DNA of 15,357 nt from Bdellovibrionia bacterium (GCA_045805065.1 JBJMMA010000177.1:1-15357); one strand, 5' to 3'. Counted from the first letter of the stretch, positions 1 to 9,148 are shown. Program-made: numbers and translations. The notes: generated by a model not told the origin, from the sequence alone.

Positions 1-362
1 AGAAGGACTTCCTGGTGGTTGATGCCGCAATGAACGATCTTTTAAGACCATCTCTTTATGGCAGCTATCACGACATTGTTCCGGTGGCGAAACCCGGCAA
101 GCGTGAAAAACCTCGAAAAGCAGATGTCGTTGGACCTGTTTGCGAAACTGGCGATTGTTTTGCATCGGACCGCAAGCTGGGCGCAGCGTTAGGTTCGGGC
201 GATCTGTTGGCAATTCTCTCGGCTGGAGCTTATGGCTTCACGATGTCGAGCAATTACAATAGTCGACCAAGACCTCCCGAAGTGCTTCTTGATCGAGGAA
301 AGATTCGGTTGATTCGTGACCGTGAAACTTATGATGATCTGCTCCGCGGGGAGCAGCTCTAA
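1..362 (+). CDS. lysA: Diaminopimelate decarboxylase, C-terminal part (truncated by window edge)
   Basis: Frame is open from the window start. Motifs DAAMNDLLRPSLY, VGPVCETGD (catalytic Cys) and AGAYGFTMSSNYNSRPRP are typical of LysA. Adjacent to dapA/dapB. Confidence 0.95.
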   Translation, partial: KDFLVVDAAMNDLLRPSLYGSYHDIVPVAKPGKREKPRKADVVGPVCETGDCFASDRKLGAALGSGDLLAILSAGAYGFTMSSNYNSRPRPPEVLLDRGKIRLIRDRETYDDLLRGEQL

Positions 363-423
363 ACGGCCGAGATATATATGACCAGCACGGGCGAAGCCGG
401 TGCGAGATTATAAGGAGAAAGCT

Positions 424-1323
424 ATGCGTGGTGTCTATACTGCTTTGATCACCCCATTTGATTCGTCCAACCGACTGGATCTGGCTGCATTCAAAAAAAT
501 TCTCCTGGATCAAAAAGCTGCAGGCGTTGCGGGCGTGGTTCCGTGCGGCACAACCGGTGAAACTCCAACCTTGAGCGTGGACGAGAAAAAAACGCTGATC
601 ACAACCGCCCTTGAGACTCTCAAAGGCTCAGGCGTTCAGGTCGTTGCGGGAACCGGAAGCAACAGCACTCAAGAAACCATTGAGTTCTCCAAGTGGGCAT
701 CAAGCCAAGGCGTCGATGGAATTCTGGTCGTGACTCCTTATTACAATAAGCCGTCACAAGCTGGACTTGAGGCGCACTTCCGCGCGGTCGCTGATGCCGT
801 TCAGTGCGAAGTCATGCTTTACAACGTTCCGGGCCGTACCGGTGTTTCGATTGCCGCGCCAACCGCAGCAAAGCTTGCGTCGCACCCAAGGATCCGCTCT
901 CTGAAAGAGGCGACCGGAAACGTGGCTTATACGAGCGAGATCATCGACTCCCTGAAAGCCCACAGCGCAAGTCTTGATATTTTGTCAGGGGATGACGCAA
1001 CTTACCTCCCCCTTCTTTGCGTGGGCGCAACGGGCGTGGTCTCGGTGGCAAGCAACTTGTTTCCTCGCGCCATGGTCGCCATCCAAAAAGCGATGGATCA
1101 GGGAAATCACCGTGAGGCACAAGCCATTCACCAGCGCTTCTATCCCTTGTTTCGTGATCTTTTCGTTGACTCCAATCCAGTGCCGATCAAATACGCCATG
1201 GAATATGTCGGCTTTTGCAGCTCGCGCGTTCGCGCCCCGCTTGCACCGCTTTCGACGGCAAACACTGACATCTTGCGTGCAAGCCTCGCAAAGTGTGGCG
1301 TAACGGAAGGGGCCAGACTGTGA
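424..1323 (+). CDS. dapA: 4-hydroxy-tetrahydrodipicolinate synthase
   Basis: GTTGE, PYYNKP, YNVPGRT, Schiff-base Lys in SLKEATG, SGDD and NPVPIK motifs. ATG 424 is preceded by the SD AAGGAG (412-417), so it is preferred over the ORF-track GTG at 400. Confidence 0.96.
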   Translation: MRGVYTALITPFDSSNRLDLAAFKKILLDQKAAGVAGVVPCGTTGETPTLSVDEKKTLITTALETLKGSGVQVVAGTGSNSTQETIEFSKWASSQGVDGILVVTPYYNKPSQAGLEAHFRAVADAVQCEVMLYNVPGRTGVSIAAPTAAKLASHPRIRSLKEATGNVAYTSEIIDSLKAHSASLDILSGDDATYLPLLCVGATGVVSVASNLFPRAMVAIQKAMDQGNHREAQAIHQRFYPLFRDLFVDSNPVPIKYAMEYVGFCSSRVRAPLAPLSTANTDILRASLAKCGVTEGARL

Positions 1324-2039
1324 TCTCAGTTGGAATTCTGGGATCCAATGGCCGCATGGGTCGCTGGGTCTCCCAACTTATCGCCTCTGATTATTCCTCC
1401 CGGACAAAGCTTGCCGCGCAAGCTCACCGGGGAACCTGGCTTGAGCCCCTTCTTTCAGCCGATGCCGTGATTGATTTCTCATCCCCTGAAGGATCCGTAC
1501 AGCTCGCCGAGCTTGCGTTAAAAAAGGGGGACTCGCTTCCGGTCTTCATCATCGGAAGCACCGGTTGGAAACCCGAGCAGCTCAAGACGATTGAAGCCTT
1601 GGCCGCAAAAACTCCCGTGGTTCTCTCATTTAATTTTTCGACGGGAATTTTAGCTCTTCAACGCATGCTCAAGACCTTTGCTCCCCTTTTAACGCAGCTC
1701 GGATATCAGCCTGTGATGGTCGAAACTCATCATCAGCATAAAAAAGACGCCCCAAGTGGAACGGCTATCATGCTGAACCGGGCCATCGAAGGATCCGCGG
1801 AAATCGGTCCTGTCCAAACCCATAGCATTCGCTCAGGCGAGGTCATCGGTGATCATGAAGTCACCTTTTATGGTGCTGCTGAGCGACTGGTTCTTGGGCA
1901 TATGGCTCAAGACCGATCCGTTTTTGCTCGCGGTGCGCTGGATGCGGCGATCTGGGCAGCCTCACGCCGGGAAGAACTCTCTTCGATCAAAACGATCATT
2001 TCCATGGATCGCTACTTTGACGAATTGATTCGGAACTAA
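1320..2039 (+). CDS. dapB: 4-hydroxy-tetrahydrodipicolinate reductase
   Basis: GSNGRMG Rossmann motif, IDFSSPE, IGSTG, ETHHQHKKDAPSGTA and DRSVFARGA. GTG 1320 overlaps the dapA stop (GTGA), suggesting translational coupling. Confidence 0.94.
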   Translation: MISVGILGSNGRMGRWVSQLIASDYSSRTKLAAQAHRGTWLEPLLSADAVIDFSSPEGSVQLAELALKKGDSLPVFIIGSTGWKPEQLKTIEALAAKTPVVLSFNFSTGILALQRMLKTFAPLLTQLGYQPVMVETHHQHKKDAPSGTAIMLNRAIEGSAEIGPVQTHSIRSGEVIGDHEVTFYGAAERLVLGHMAQDRSVFARGALDAAIWAASRREELSSIKTIISMDRYFDELIRN

Positions 2040-2067
2040 ACGCGGCGTTCCAAAATCACAAAACCGG

Positions 2068-2097
2068 TTGCGCTAGACTTCCTCTCGTCGGTATAAC
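2068..2097 (+). promoter_or_regulatory. Putative sigma70-type promoter for etfBA
   Basis: TTGCGC (2068-2073), 18-nt spacer, TATAAC (2092-2097), in the dapB-etfB gap. Confidence 0.35.
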
Positions 2098-2181
2098 GGA
2101 TCGACTAGCAGGCGCTCTGGCGCTTACCTTCAGGCATTCGCGACTAGTTCTAGCGTGCAATGCTAAAACAGGAGATTTTTC

Positions 2182-2955
2182 ATGAACGTTTATGTCTGCA
2201 TCAAACAGGTTCCGGACACGGAAACCAAGATTAAGCTGAATGGTGACAGCTCCGCGATCGACGCAACCGGCGTGAAATGGATCATGTCGCCTTACGATGA
2301 GTTTGCAGTCGAAGAAGCGCTTCGCCTCAAAGAAAAGAACGCAGGAAGCACGGTTACCGTGATCTCCGCTGGCCCGGCTCGCGTGGTCGAAACGATCCGC
2401 ACGGCTCTCGCCATGGGCGCTGACAACGGCATCCACATTGAGCTTCCAGAAACTGCCGATAACAACATGGCTGCAAAAGCCTTGGCCGGCGCTCTCAAGA
2501 AAGAAGCAAAAGTCGACATCGTGTTCTCCGGCAAGGAAGCAATCGATGATGGCGCAGCTCAGGTCAGCCAACTGGCGTCTGAATACTTCGGCATGCCTTG
2601 CGTGACAGTAGTTGCGGCTGCTGAGTACAGCGCAACGGGCGTGAAGTGCAAGCGCGAGATCGAAGGCGGCGCTTTCGAAATGATCGAAGCTTCAATGCCT
2701 GTCTGGATCGCAGCTCAAAAAGGCATGAACGAGCCTCGTTACGCCTCTCTTCCAAACATCATGAAGGCCAAGAAGAAAGAAGTGAAAGCCCTCAAGATGG
2801 CAGACGTTGGCGTCAGCGAAGCTGATCAGAAGATTCGTTACAAGAACCTCCAATTGCCTCCTCCTAAGCAAGCAGGAAAGAAGATTGCTGGCGATCCAGC
2901 AACTCAGGCTAAGGAACTGGTTCGTCTCCTTCACGAAGAAGCAAAGGTGGTGTGA
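2182..2955 (+). CDS. etfB: Electron transfer flavoprotein beta subunit
   Basis: VCIKQVPDTE, SPYDEFAVEEA, ALAMGAD, GKEAIDD and NEPRYASLPNIMKAKKK motifs. SD AGGAG upstream. Confidence 0.96.
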   Translation: MNVYVCIKQVPDTETKIKLNGDSSAIDATGVKWIMSPYDEFAVEEALRLKEKNAGSTVTVISAGPARVVETIRTALAMGADNGIHIELPETADNNMAAKALAGALKKEAKVDIVFSGKEAIDDGAAQVSQLASEYFGMPCVTVVAAAEYSATGVKCKREIEGGAFEMIEASMPVWIAAQKGMNEPRYASLPNIMKAKKKEVKALKMADVGVSEADQKIRYKNLQLPPPKQAGKKIAGDPATQAKELVRLLHEEAKVV

Positions 2956-2957
2956 TC

Positions 2958-3926
2958 ATGGCTAAAGTATTCGTCGTCGCAGAACATCGGGACGGACGTC
3001 TCAAGAAATCCACTTTCGAGCTTCTTGGAGCATCCTCTGCTGCAGGAAACGAAACGCACGCAATTCTCCTGGGAGATGGCGTTTCGGATCTCGCAAAAGA
3101 ACTTGGCCAATATGGCGCTCAAAAAGTGCACATGGCTCAAGACGCAGCTTTGAAGCTCTACTCTGCTGAAGCCTACACCAAGGCAGTCGTTCAGATTGCC
3201 AAGGCAGGCGGCGCGGAAGTCATTCTCGCAAGCCACACCCCAACGGGTCGTGACTTCATGCCACGCGTGGCAGCTCAAATGAACGTGGGCCTTGCAAGCG
3301 ATTGCACGCAACTCTCGTTTGACGGTGGAAAGATCAAAGCACGTCGCCCTGTCTACTCTGGCAAGGCAACGGCTGAAGTCGAGTTCATCGGAAGCGGCCC
3401 TCAAATGGCGACCGTTCGCGCCAATGCTTTGGGAATTCCAAAAGCTGACGCATCCAAGTCCGCTGAAGTCATCAATGCAACCGTGGATCTGGGCGGCCTC
3501 AAGACCAAGGTTCTCGAAGTCATCAAAGGAAACAGCGCACGTCCAGACGTGACTGAAGCCTCGATCGTCGTCTCTGGCGGTCGTTCTTTGAAGAGCGCAG
3601 ACAACTTCAAGATGCTTGAAGACCTGGCTGACGTTCTCGGAGCTGCTGTGGGCGCATCTCGCGCTGCAGTGGACTCGGGCTTCCGCCCGCATCGCGACCA
3701 AGTCGGTCAAACCGGTAAAGTGGTTTCTCCAACCCTTTACATGGCGTTTGGCATCAGTGGCGCGATTCAGCATTTGGCTGGCATGCGCACCTCCAAGGTG
3801 ATCGTTGCCGTGAACTCTGATGCTGATGCTCCGATCTTCCAGCTCGCTGATTATGGCGTCGTGGGCGATCTTTTCGCGATCGTTCCGCTGCTCAAAGACG
3901 AGTTCAAGAAGATCAAGGAACACTGA
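2958..3926 (+). CDS. etfA: Electron transfer flavoprotein alpha subunit
   Basis: VVSGGRSL, AVGASRAAVD, QVGQTGKVVSP, GISGAIQHLAGM and DAPIFQLADYGVVGD FAD-binding motifs. ATG lies 2 nt after the etfB stop. Confidence 0.96.
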   Translation: MAKVFVVAEHRDGRLKKSTFELLGASSAAGNETHAILLGDGVSDLAKELGQYGAQKVHMAQDAALKLYSAEAYTKAVVQIAKAGGAEVILASHTPTGRDFMPRVAAQMNVGLASDCTQLSFDGGKIKARRPVYSGKATAEVEFIGSGPQMATVRANALGIPKADASKSAEVINATVDLGGLKTKVLEVIKGNSARPDVTEASIVVSGGRSLKSADNFKMLEDLADVLGAAVGASRAAVDSGFRPHRDQVGQTGKVVSPTLYMAFGISGAIQHLAGMRTSKVIVAVNSDADAPIFQLADYGVVGDLFAIVPLLKDEFKKIKEH

Positions 3927-3945
3927 TCGTTTCTTCAGGAATATC

Positions 3946-3987
3946 AAAGGCCTCGCGATCCTCTGGGTCGCGAGGCCTTTTTGTTTT
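3946..3987 (+). terminator. Rho-independent terminator of etfBA
   Basis: AAAGGCCTCGCGATCC-tct-GGGTCGCGAGGCCTTT hairpin (one G-U pair) followed by TTGTTTT. Confidence 0.9.
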
Positions 3988-4021
3988 CACGCCTGCCTTC
4001 TAATTTTTTAAACAGTCTTCA

Positions 4022-4049
4022 TTAAGTTTCTGCACAATTAGCTCGATAC
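4022..4049 (+). promoter_or_regulatory. Possible sigma28 (FliA)-like promoter for the MCP gene
   Basis: TTAAGTTT-N12-CTCGATAC compared with the consensus TAAAGTTT-N11-GCCGATAA, upstream of a chemoreceptor gene. The spacer is one nt long and the leader would be very short. Confidence 0.35.
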
Positions 4050-4062
4050 GAGAGCTAAGGTA

Positions 4063-5697
4063 ATGCGTGTGAAGATATCCATAAAGCGAACAATTGGAAC
4101 GGTGATCAGTGCTGCGTTTGGTGGAATTATCGCAACGATGATTCTCTCAAGCGTCTTATCTATCCAGCAGTTGAACAAAATCAGTCGCGAAAACGTTCGG
4201 TTTGCAGAGGCCTGGCTACCGGCCGTGTCCAAGATCGGTCAGATCAGTCACGACATCACTGACTTCCGCCGGCTTCATTTGGAGATGCTCGAAAGCTTGG
4301 ACGAAAAAACCGCGAATACCTATGCCGAAGATATCGATTCTGTCGGCCAGAGCCTCTTTATCTACATCAAAGGCATCGACTCTCTTGTCACAACCGAGAA
4401 AGACCGAAAAACATTTGAGCGCTTTTCAGCTGCCTGGGAAGCGGCGTCTGCCGAGCATATAAAGGTTTTAGAGCAGTTCAAAGCCAAGCATCCAGATCAG
4501 GCCAAAGCACTTCTTTCTGGAAAAGCCCTTGAGTCCTATAAAGCCGCACAAGATGCGCTCCAGGAATTAGCCAGCTCCCAGCTTGACGGCGGCATTGCGG
4601 GAAGCGCTCACATCGTAAGTCTTTGCAGATCCGCTGGCCTGTTGATCTGGATTGTTTTGGGATTTGCGGCAGTCGGTGCCTGCGTCGCAGCTTTCCTGAT
4701 ATCACGTTGGACGCGGAAACGATTGGAACAAATCAGCGTGCTTTTGGACGAGAAAGCCGGCTCGATGGGCAAAATCTCAGCCCAATTGCTTAAAACAGGC
4801 AAAGGGCTCATTGAGTCTTCCTCATTATCCAACCATGCCCTCTCCCGCGCAGCCGCAAGCTCAGAGCAAATCTCTGCAATGGCTGGAAAAACTTCAGACT
4901 ATGCTCGAACCTCCAAGGAATCCGCGCTGACTAGCCAGTCGAGTGTCGATCAGCTCTCTCAGATGGTGAGAGCATTGACTGCAAACCTTAAGGAAGTGGG
5001 CCAGAAAAGCGGGCTCATTAATGAACGGGTTAAAGCTGGAAACGATGAAGTCTCCAAGGTCATTGAGATGATTCGTGAGATCGAGCAAAAGACCAAAGTG
5101 ATTAACGACATTGTCTTTCAAACGCGACTTCTTTCCTTCAACGCATCTGTTGAGGCCGCTCGCGCAGGTGAGCATGGAAAAGGCTTCGCTGTGGTTGCTG
5201 AAGAAATCGGGAATCTTGCCAGCATGAGCGGCAAGGCGGCCGGTGAGATTTCAGAACTTCTGGGCAGCCGCATTGTTCAGGTCAGCGATATTGTCGAACG
5301 GACTCAGACGGGAGTGGCTCAACTGGTGAGCGATTCTCAGCAAAGTGTTGATCAAGGAACGTCATTGGTTAAAAATTTGACGCCAGTCCTTGAGACCGTG
5401 ATCAACCATGTGGGCGGCATGGTGAGCGTGGCCGAGCAGATCGCGCTTGCAAGCGAAGAGCAGGTCAAAGGCATTGTTGAGATCAAACAAAGCATCTCGG
5501 ACATCCAGACGACCGCTCAAGCCACTGAAAATGCTGCAACTGAATCCGAAGGGATCTCAAAGGATCTTTTTGACCACGTGGAAAGCATGGGAGACGCCGT
5601 CCATTCGCTCAATCAACTGGTGAGCGGAAAAAAGAAGGAGGCTGCTGTCTCGGTGTCCGAGCCAGAGCCTCCTATGTCTCAGCCATTAGCTGCTTAA
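4063..5697 (+). CDS. Methyl-accepting chemotaxis protein with two TM helices and a periplasmic four-helix-bundle (4HB_MCP-like) sensor
   Basis: N-terminal [13 protein letters not shown] helical sensor start, second TM ([21 protein letters not shown]) and signalling hairpin [44 protein letters not shown]. Confidence 0.95.
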   Translation: MRVKISIKRTIGTVISAAFGGIIATMILSSVLSIQQLNKISRENVRFAEAWLPAVSKIGQISHDITDFRRLHLEMLESLDEKTANTYAEDIDSVGQSLFIYIKGIDSLVTTEKDRKTFERFSAAWEAASAEHIKVLEQFKAKHPDQAKALLSGKALESYKAAQDALQELASSQLDGGIAGSAHIVSLCRSAGLLIWIVLGFAAVGACVAAFLISRWTRKRLEQISVLLDEKAGSMGKISAQLLKTGKGLIESSSLSNHALSRAAASSEQISAMAGKTSDYARTSKESALTSQSSVDQLSQMVRALTANLKEVGQKSGLINERVKAGNDEVSKVIEMIREIEQKTKVINDIVFQTRLLSFNASVEAARAGEHGKGFAVVAEEIGNLASMSGKAAGEISELLGSRIVQVSDIVERTQTGVAQLVSDSQQSVDQGTSLVKNLTPVLETVINHVGGMVSVAEQIALASEEQVKGIVEIKQSISDIQTTAQATENAATESEGISKDLFDHVESMGDAVHSLNQLVSGKKKEAAVSVSEPEPPMSQPLAA

Positions 5698-5705
5698 TTT
5701 AAAAC

Positions 5706-6026
5706 TTATTTGCAGTCGGTTTGATCTTTGAAGGTGCCAACGTCCTGGCCATCAAACTTCGCGGATACTGACTTCATGGCAAGCTCGCGCTTACGCTTGA
5801 TCTTTGAGCCAGCCGTTGCCATTTCCTTGCACTTGTCTGCGCTATCCGCTGGCTTAGTCTCCACGGTTGGGTCGCCTTTAGGATTCGACGCGGATTTGTA
5901 AGGCGCGAAAGCTTTGTCTTCCTTGCCTGCGCATGCTTCGCGGTGCGTAGTCATTTCGCATGAGCCCGCATAAGCTGCGGCGCCGATAAGATTCAGAACG
6001 AGTGCGCAAATTACTGTCTTTTTCAT
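5706..6026 (-). CDS. Small secreted hypothetical protein with four mature-region cysteines
   Basis: Signal peptide MKKTVICALVLNLIGAAAYA. SD-like GGAAGGA upstream of GTG 6029/ATG 6026. Fills the gap between the MCP and the oxidoreductase. Confidence 0.85.
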   Translation of the reverse strand: MKKTVICALVLNLIGAAAYAGSCEMTTHREACAGKEDKAFAPYKSASNPKGDPTVETKPADSADKCKEMATAGSKIKRKRELAMKSVSAKFDGQDVGTFKDQTDCK

Positions 6027-6213
6027 CACTTTTTCCTTCCTGGAAGTTTTGAATAGTGGATTAGCTCGGTCGAGACGGCCTCGCAGCTACACTTATGCCG
6101 AGGCGGCTTCGCCGCTACGCTTACAAGGATAACCCCTCGCTTCAAACGAGCGCAATTTATGTTTTAGGAACTGGGCGATTTTGTTGTAGGATTTGAGCCA
6201 CGAGGATCGGTTC

Positions 6214-8193
6214 ATGACCTGGCAAACACCACTGTTTTTGATCGTAGCAGCAGCCGCTTTTGGAATCTCCGGATACAAGTTTTCGCAGCTTGTTAAGCTG
6301 ATGAAAGCGCATCAAGGCAAATCCACGGATCGGCTTAACAATATTCCTGATCGCATTTGGATGGTGGTGAAAAACGTCCTCGGCCAGAATGCTGTTCTCC
6401 GCAAGCGAATCATCGGTACAGCGCACGCGACGATCTTCTGGGGCTTCATCATCATTACGATCGGAACCCTGGAGCAATTCGTTTCCACGCTTTATGAGCC
6501 AGCCACTTTCGAATTCATCGGCCAGGCTCCTTACCATGCGCTGGTTTTCATCCAGGACATCCTGACCTTCGCTGTTTTGCTGGCCGTCTTTGTCGCTGCT
6601 TATCGCCGCTATGTGGTTCGTCCAGCGGGCGTTGGCAAGTCGCGCGACGCTGGCTTCGTTCTGCTTTTCACCGGATCGCTCATGGTTGCGATCTTCTTGA
6701 TGAACGCTTTTGGCATCTTGGGCCGCCATCCTGAGTTTGCGAGCGCAATGCCGATCTCCCGTCATCTTGCAAACATGCTCAGTGGAATGAACTTGAGCGA
6801 TGCCGGTTACACGAACCTCTCCACTTTCTGGAAGTGGGTTCACATGGCGATCGTCCTTGGATTTGCGGTTTACATCCCAAGCTCCAAGCATCTTCACATC
6901 ATTGCTGCGGGCCCTAATACTTTCCTCAAGACCCTGGATCGCGAAAAGGGCATGACGCCGATCAACTTTGAGGACGAATCCCTTCAGCAATACGGCGCCG
7001 CAAAAGTGACGGACATGAGCTGGAAGGCCGCCCTGGACTATTACTCCTGCACCGAGTGTGGACGCTGCCAGGACCTCTGCCCGGCGTACAACACGCAAAA
7101 GCCTCTGTCTCCGAAGCAGTTGGTCTTGGATCTCAAGCACAACCTCTTTAACAATAAAGAGAAGATCCTGGCCGGAAAGATCGACGAAGTTTCTCATGTC
7201 GTTGATGAGAACGTGACCGAAGACGTGATCTGGGCCTGCACCAGCTGCCGCGCATGCGAGATTGCATGCCCTGTCTTCATTGAGCAGGTCGATAAGATTT
7301 ACGACATCCGCCGCAATCTGGTGATGATGGAATCTCGCTTCCCAGCCGAGGTGCAAACCGTTTTCAAGAACATGGAAACGAACGCATCTCCTTGGGCGTT
7401 CTCCGCATCCGATCGCGCAAACTGGGCCGAAGGCCTTTCTGTGAAGACGATGGCCGAGAACCCAGGCGTGGACGTACTTCTCTGGGTGGGTTGCGCAGGC
7501 TCTTATGATGATCGCAACAAAAAGGTTCTCAGAGCTTTCGTCAACATTCTCAAGAAGGCTGAAGTCAAATTCGCGATTCTTGGAAACGAAGAGCAATGCA
7601 CCGGCGATCCAGCTCGCCGTATCGGTAACGAGTATCTCTATCAGACCCTGGCTAAGGCCAACATTGAGACGCTCAATCGTTACAATGTGAAGCAAATCGT
7701 GACGGCATGCCCTCACTGCTTCAACACGATCAAGAACGAGTACAAGGACTTTGGTGGCGAGTACCAGGTTTTCCACCACTCCCAATTCATCGCGAAACTC
7801 ATCAGCGAGGGCCGCGTGAAACCCACGAAGCCTGTGGATGAGACGATCACCTTCCACGACAGCTGCTACTTGGGCCGTTGGAACAACATTTATGAACAGC
7901 CTCGCGCCGTTCTCAATGCGCTTCCAGCCGCACGAACTGTGGAGATGAAAGCCAACCACGACCAAAGCATGTGCTGCGGCGCTGGCGGTGGACGCATGTG
8001 GATGGAAGAGAAGATCGGTAAGCGCGTGAACGTCACTCGCACCGAGCAGGCTCTCGACACTCACGCGGGCGTGGTCGCATCATCCTGCCCATTCTGCATG
8101 ACTATGCTCACCGATGGTGTGAAGACCAAGGACATGCAAGACAAAGTGAAGGTCATGGACATCGCTGAGCTCATTGATCAAGCGACTCCGTAA
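6214..8193 (+). CDS. Membrane-bound Fe-S oxidoreductase, FadF/HdrD-like (ETF:menaquinone oxidoreductase type)
   Basis: N-terminal multi-TM domain with His motifs (AHATIFWGF, WVHM, KHLHI). Two ferredoxin motifs (CTECGRCQDLCP, CTSCRACEIACP) and two CCG domains (GCAGSY..CTG..CPHC; HDSC..CCG..CPFC). ATG 6214 follows GAGGA. Confidence 0.92.
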   Translation: MTWQTPLFLIVAAAAFGISGYKFSQLVKLMKAHQGKSTDRLNNIPDRIWMVVKNVLGQNAVLRKRIIGTAHATIFWGFIIITIGTLEQFVSTLYEPATFEFIGQAPYHALVFIQDILTFAVLLAVFVAAYRRYVVRPAGVGKSRDAGFVLLFTGSLMVAIFLMNAFGILGRHPEFASAMPISRHLANMLSGMNLSDAGYTNLSTFWKWVHMAIVLGFAVYIPSSKHLHIIAAGPNTFLKTLDREKGMTPINFEDESLQQYGAAKVTDMSWKAALDYYSCTECGRCQDLCPAYNTQKPLSPKQLVLDLKHNLFNNKEKILAGKIDEVSHVVDENVTEDVIWACTSCRACEIACPVFIEQVDKIYDIRRNLVMMESRFPAEVQTVFKNMETNASPWAFSASDRANWAEGLSVKTMAENPGVDVLLWVGCAGSYDDRNKKVLRAFVNILKKAEVKFAILGNEEQCTGDPARRIGNEYLYQTLAKANIETLNRYNVKQIVTACPHCFNTIKNEYKDFGGEYQVFHHSQFIAKLISEGRVKPTKPVDETITFHDSCYLGRWNNIYEQPRAVLNALPAARTVEMKANHDQSMCCGAGGGRMWMEEKIGKRVNVTRTEQALDTHAGVVASSCPFCMTMLTDGVKTKDMQDKVKVMDIAELIDQATP

Positions 8194-8206
8194 TTCTTAA
8201 AATCAC

Positions 8207-8250
8207 AAAGGGCCGTGACGCGGTTTCAGCGTCACGGCCCTTTTTTTATT
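8207..8250 (+). terminator. Rho-independent terminator
   Basis: Perfect 15-bp stem AAAGGGCCGTGACGC / GCGTCACGGCCCTTT with a 7-nt loop, followed by a T run. Confidence 0.93.
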
Positions 8251-8272
8251 TGTTTAATGACGTAGGGTCGAC

Positions 8273-8329
8273 TGACCTCTCAGTAGACAGGTGTCTAAAC
8301 TTTGGACAGTCACGTCTACAGCATTGTCA
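8273..8329. promoter_or_regulatory. Three tandem TGTC-N9-GACA-like palindromes (putative upstream activator sites)
   Basis: TGACCTCTCAGTAGACA (8273-8289), TGTCTAAACTTTGGACA (8292-8308) and CGTCTACAGCATTGTCA (8313-8329), about 70-125 bp upstream of a sigma54-like promoter. Confidence 0.55.
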
Positions 8330-8396
8330 CTCAAACTTTCGCTTAAGTCGGCGTGGCTAAAGCGCATTTCTCTGCCAACTCACTTTTTGTAGGCAC

Positions 8397-8412
8397 AGGC
8401 ACGCCGGCTGCA
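8397..8412 (+). promoter_or_regulatory. Sigma54 (RpoN) -24/-12 promoter
   Basis: AGGCACGCCGGCTGCA has exact GG-N10-GC spacing and matches the consensus TGGCACG-N4-TTGCA well. Confidence 0.65.
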
Positions 8413-8485
8413 AACCTGTGTCGCGGGCGCAACACTGCACGTGCCTTCGATTGCCCAGAATAAACCTGAAAGTGAGTTAAGTAGT

Positions 8486-9124
8486 ATGAAGAAGTTCGGT
8501 ATGATGCTCATGTCCGCAGCGTTGATGCTCTCAAGCATGTCCGCAATGGCAATGCGAATTGATTTCAACGGCGGTGAGTACCGCCTTCCAGAGTGCGGCG
8601 GCACCATTGAAGCCAAGGGCGGTGAGCTTGAGGCGTTCCTCAGCGGAAGCCAAGCCAATCAAATGAATCTCATCATTCGCGGCTCGCGCGAGTGCTCGAA
8701 CTTCATCATCGAAAACACGGACCATGAGTACAAGCTTGAAGAAGGTCGAAATGGCCGTGGCGGAAGCTACTCCATTACGGCAGACAAGCTTCATATGGGC
8801 TGGAATCAGGTCAATTTGACGGTTCGCTCAAATTCCGGAAAGCACTCCGATGACGTCAGCATTTGGGTGAACGTAGTTCGCGGCCACGACAGCAATAGCG
8901 GCGGCGCTCGCCGTTGCTCCGATGAAGCAGAATCTGCTGCTCGCGATCGCTACCTGGACCAATACGGCTCACGTGCAAAGAGCGCGGATGCTGACTTCGA
9001 TCGCGTTTCAAACAGCGGAAACTACGTCTATGACGTTTCTGTCCGCGGTCGCGCAGGCTCGGTTCACTATGAAACCGTGATGCGTCCAGACTGCTCCCTC
9101 GCATCGAAGCCTAGCTCCCACTAA
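8486..9124 (+). CDS. Secreted hypothetical protein (beta-rich N-terminal domain plus small Cys-bounded C-terminal domain)
   Basis: Signal peptide MKKFGMMLMSAALMLSSMSAMA from ATG 8486, four Cys, and a hairpin immediately downstream. Confidence 0.85.
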   Translation: MKKFGMMLMSAALMLSSMSAMAMRIDFNGGEYRLPECGGTIEAKGGELEAFLSGSQANQMNLIIRGSRECSNFIIENTDHEYKLEEGRNGRGGSYSITADKLHMGWNQVNLTVRSNSGKHSDDVSIWVNVVRGHDSNSGGARRCSDEAESAARDRYLDQYGSRAKSADADFDRVSNSGNYVYDVSVRGRAGSVHYETVMRPDCSLASKPSSH

Positions 9125-9148
9125 GCCACGATTCAATAATTGAACGAT

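Noticed and set aside
2931..3947. 338-aa antisense ORF over etfA, and similar antisense ORFs over etfB, kamE (12473-13291) and kamD (13416-14129, 14178-14828)
   Set aside because: Shadow ORFs opposite well-supported conserved genes, with non-protein-like composition.
6157..8064. 635-aa antisense ORF over the Fe-S oxidoreductase
   Set aside because: Codon-aligned shadow of a strongly codon-biased gene, with no recognisable motifs.
8405..8446. GCAAACC...GGGCGCAA resembling the P2 region of a c-di-GMP-I riboswitch
   Set aside because: It lacks the GNRA loop, the GAC bulge and the P3 receptor. It overlaps the sigma54 -12 box, which explains the sequence better.
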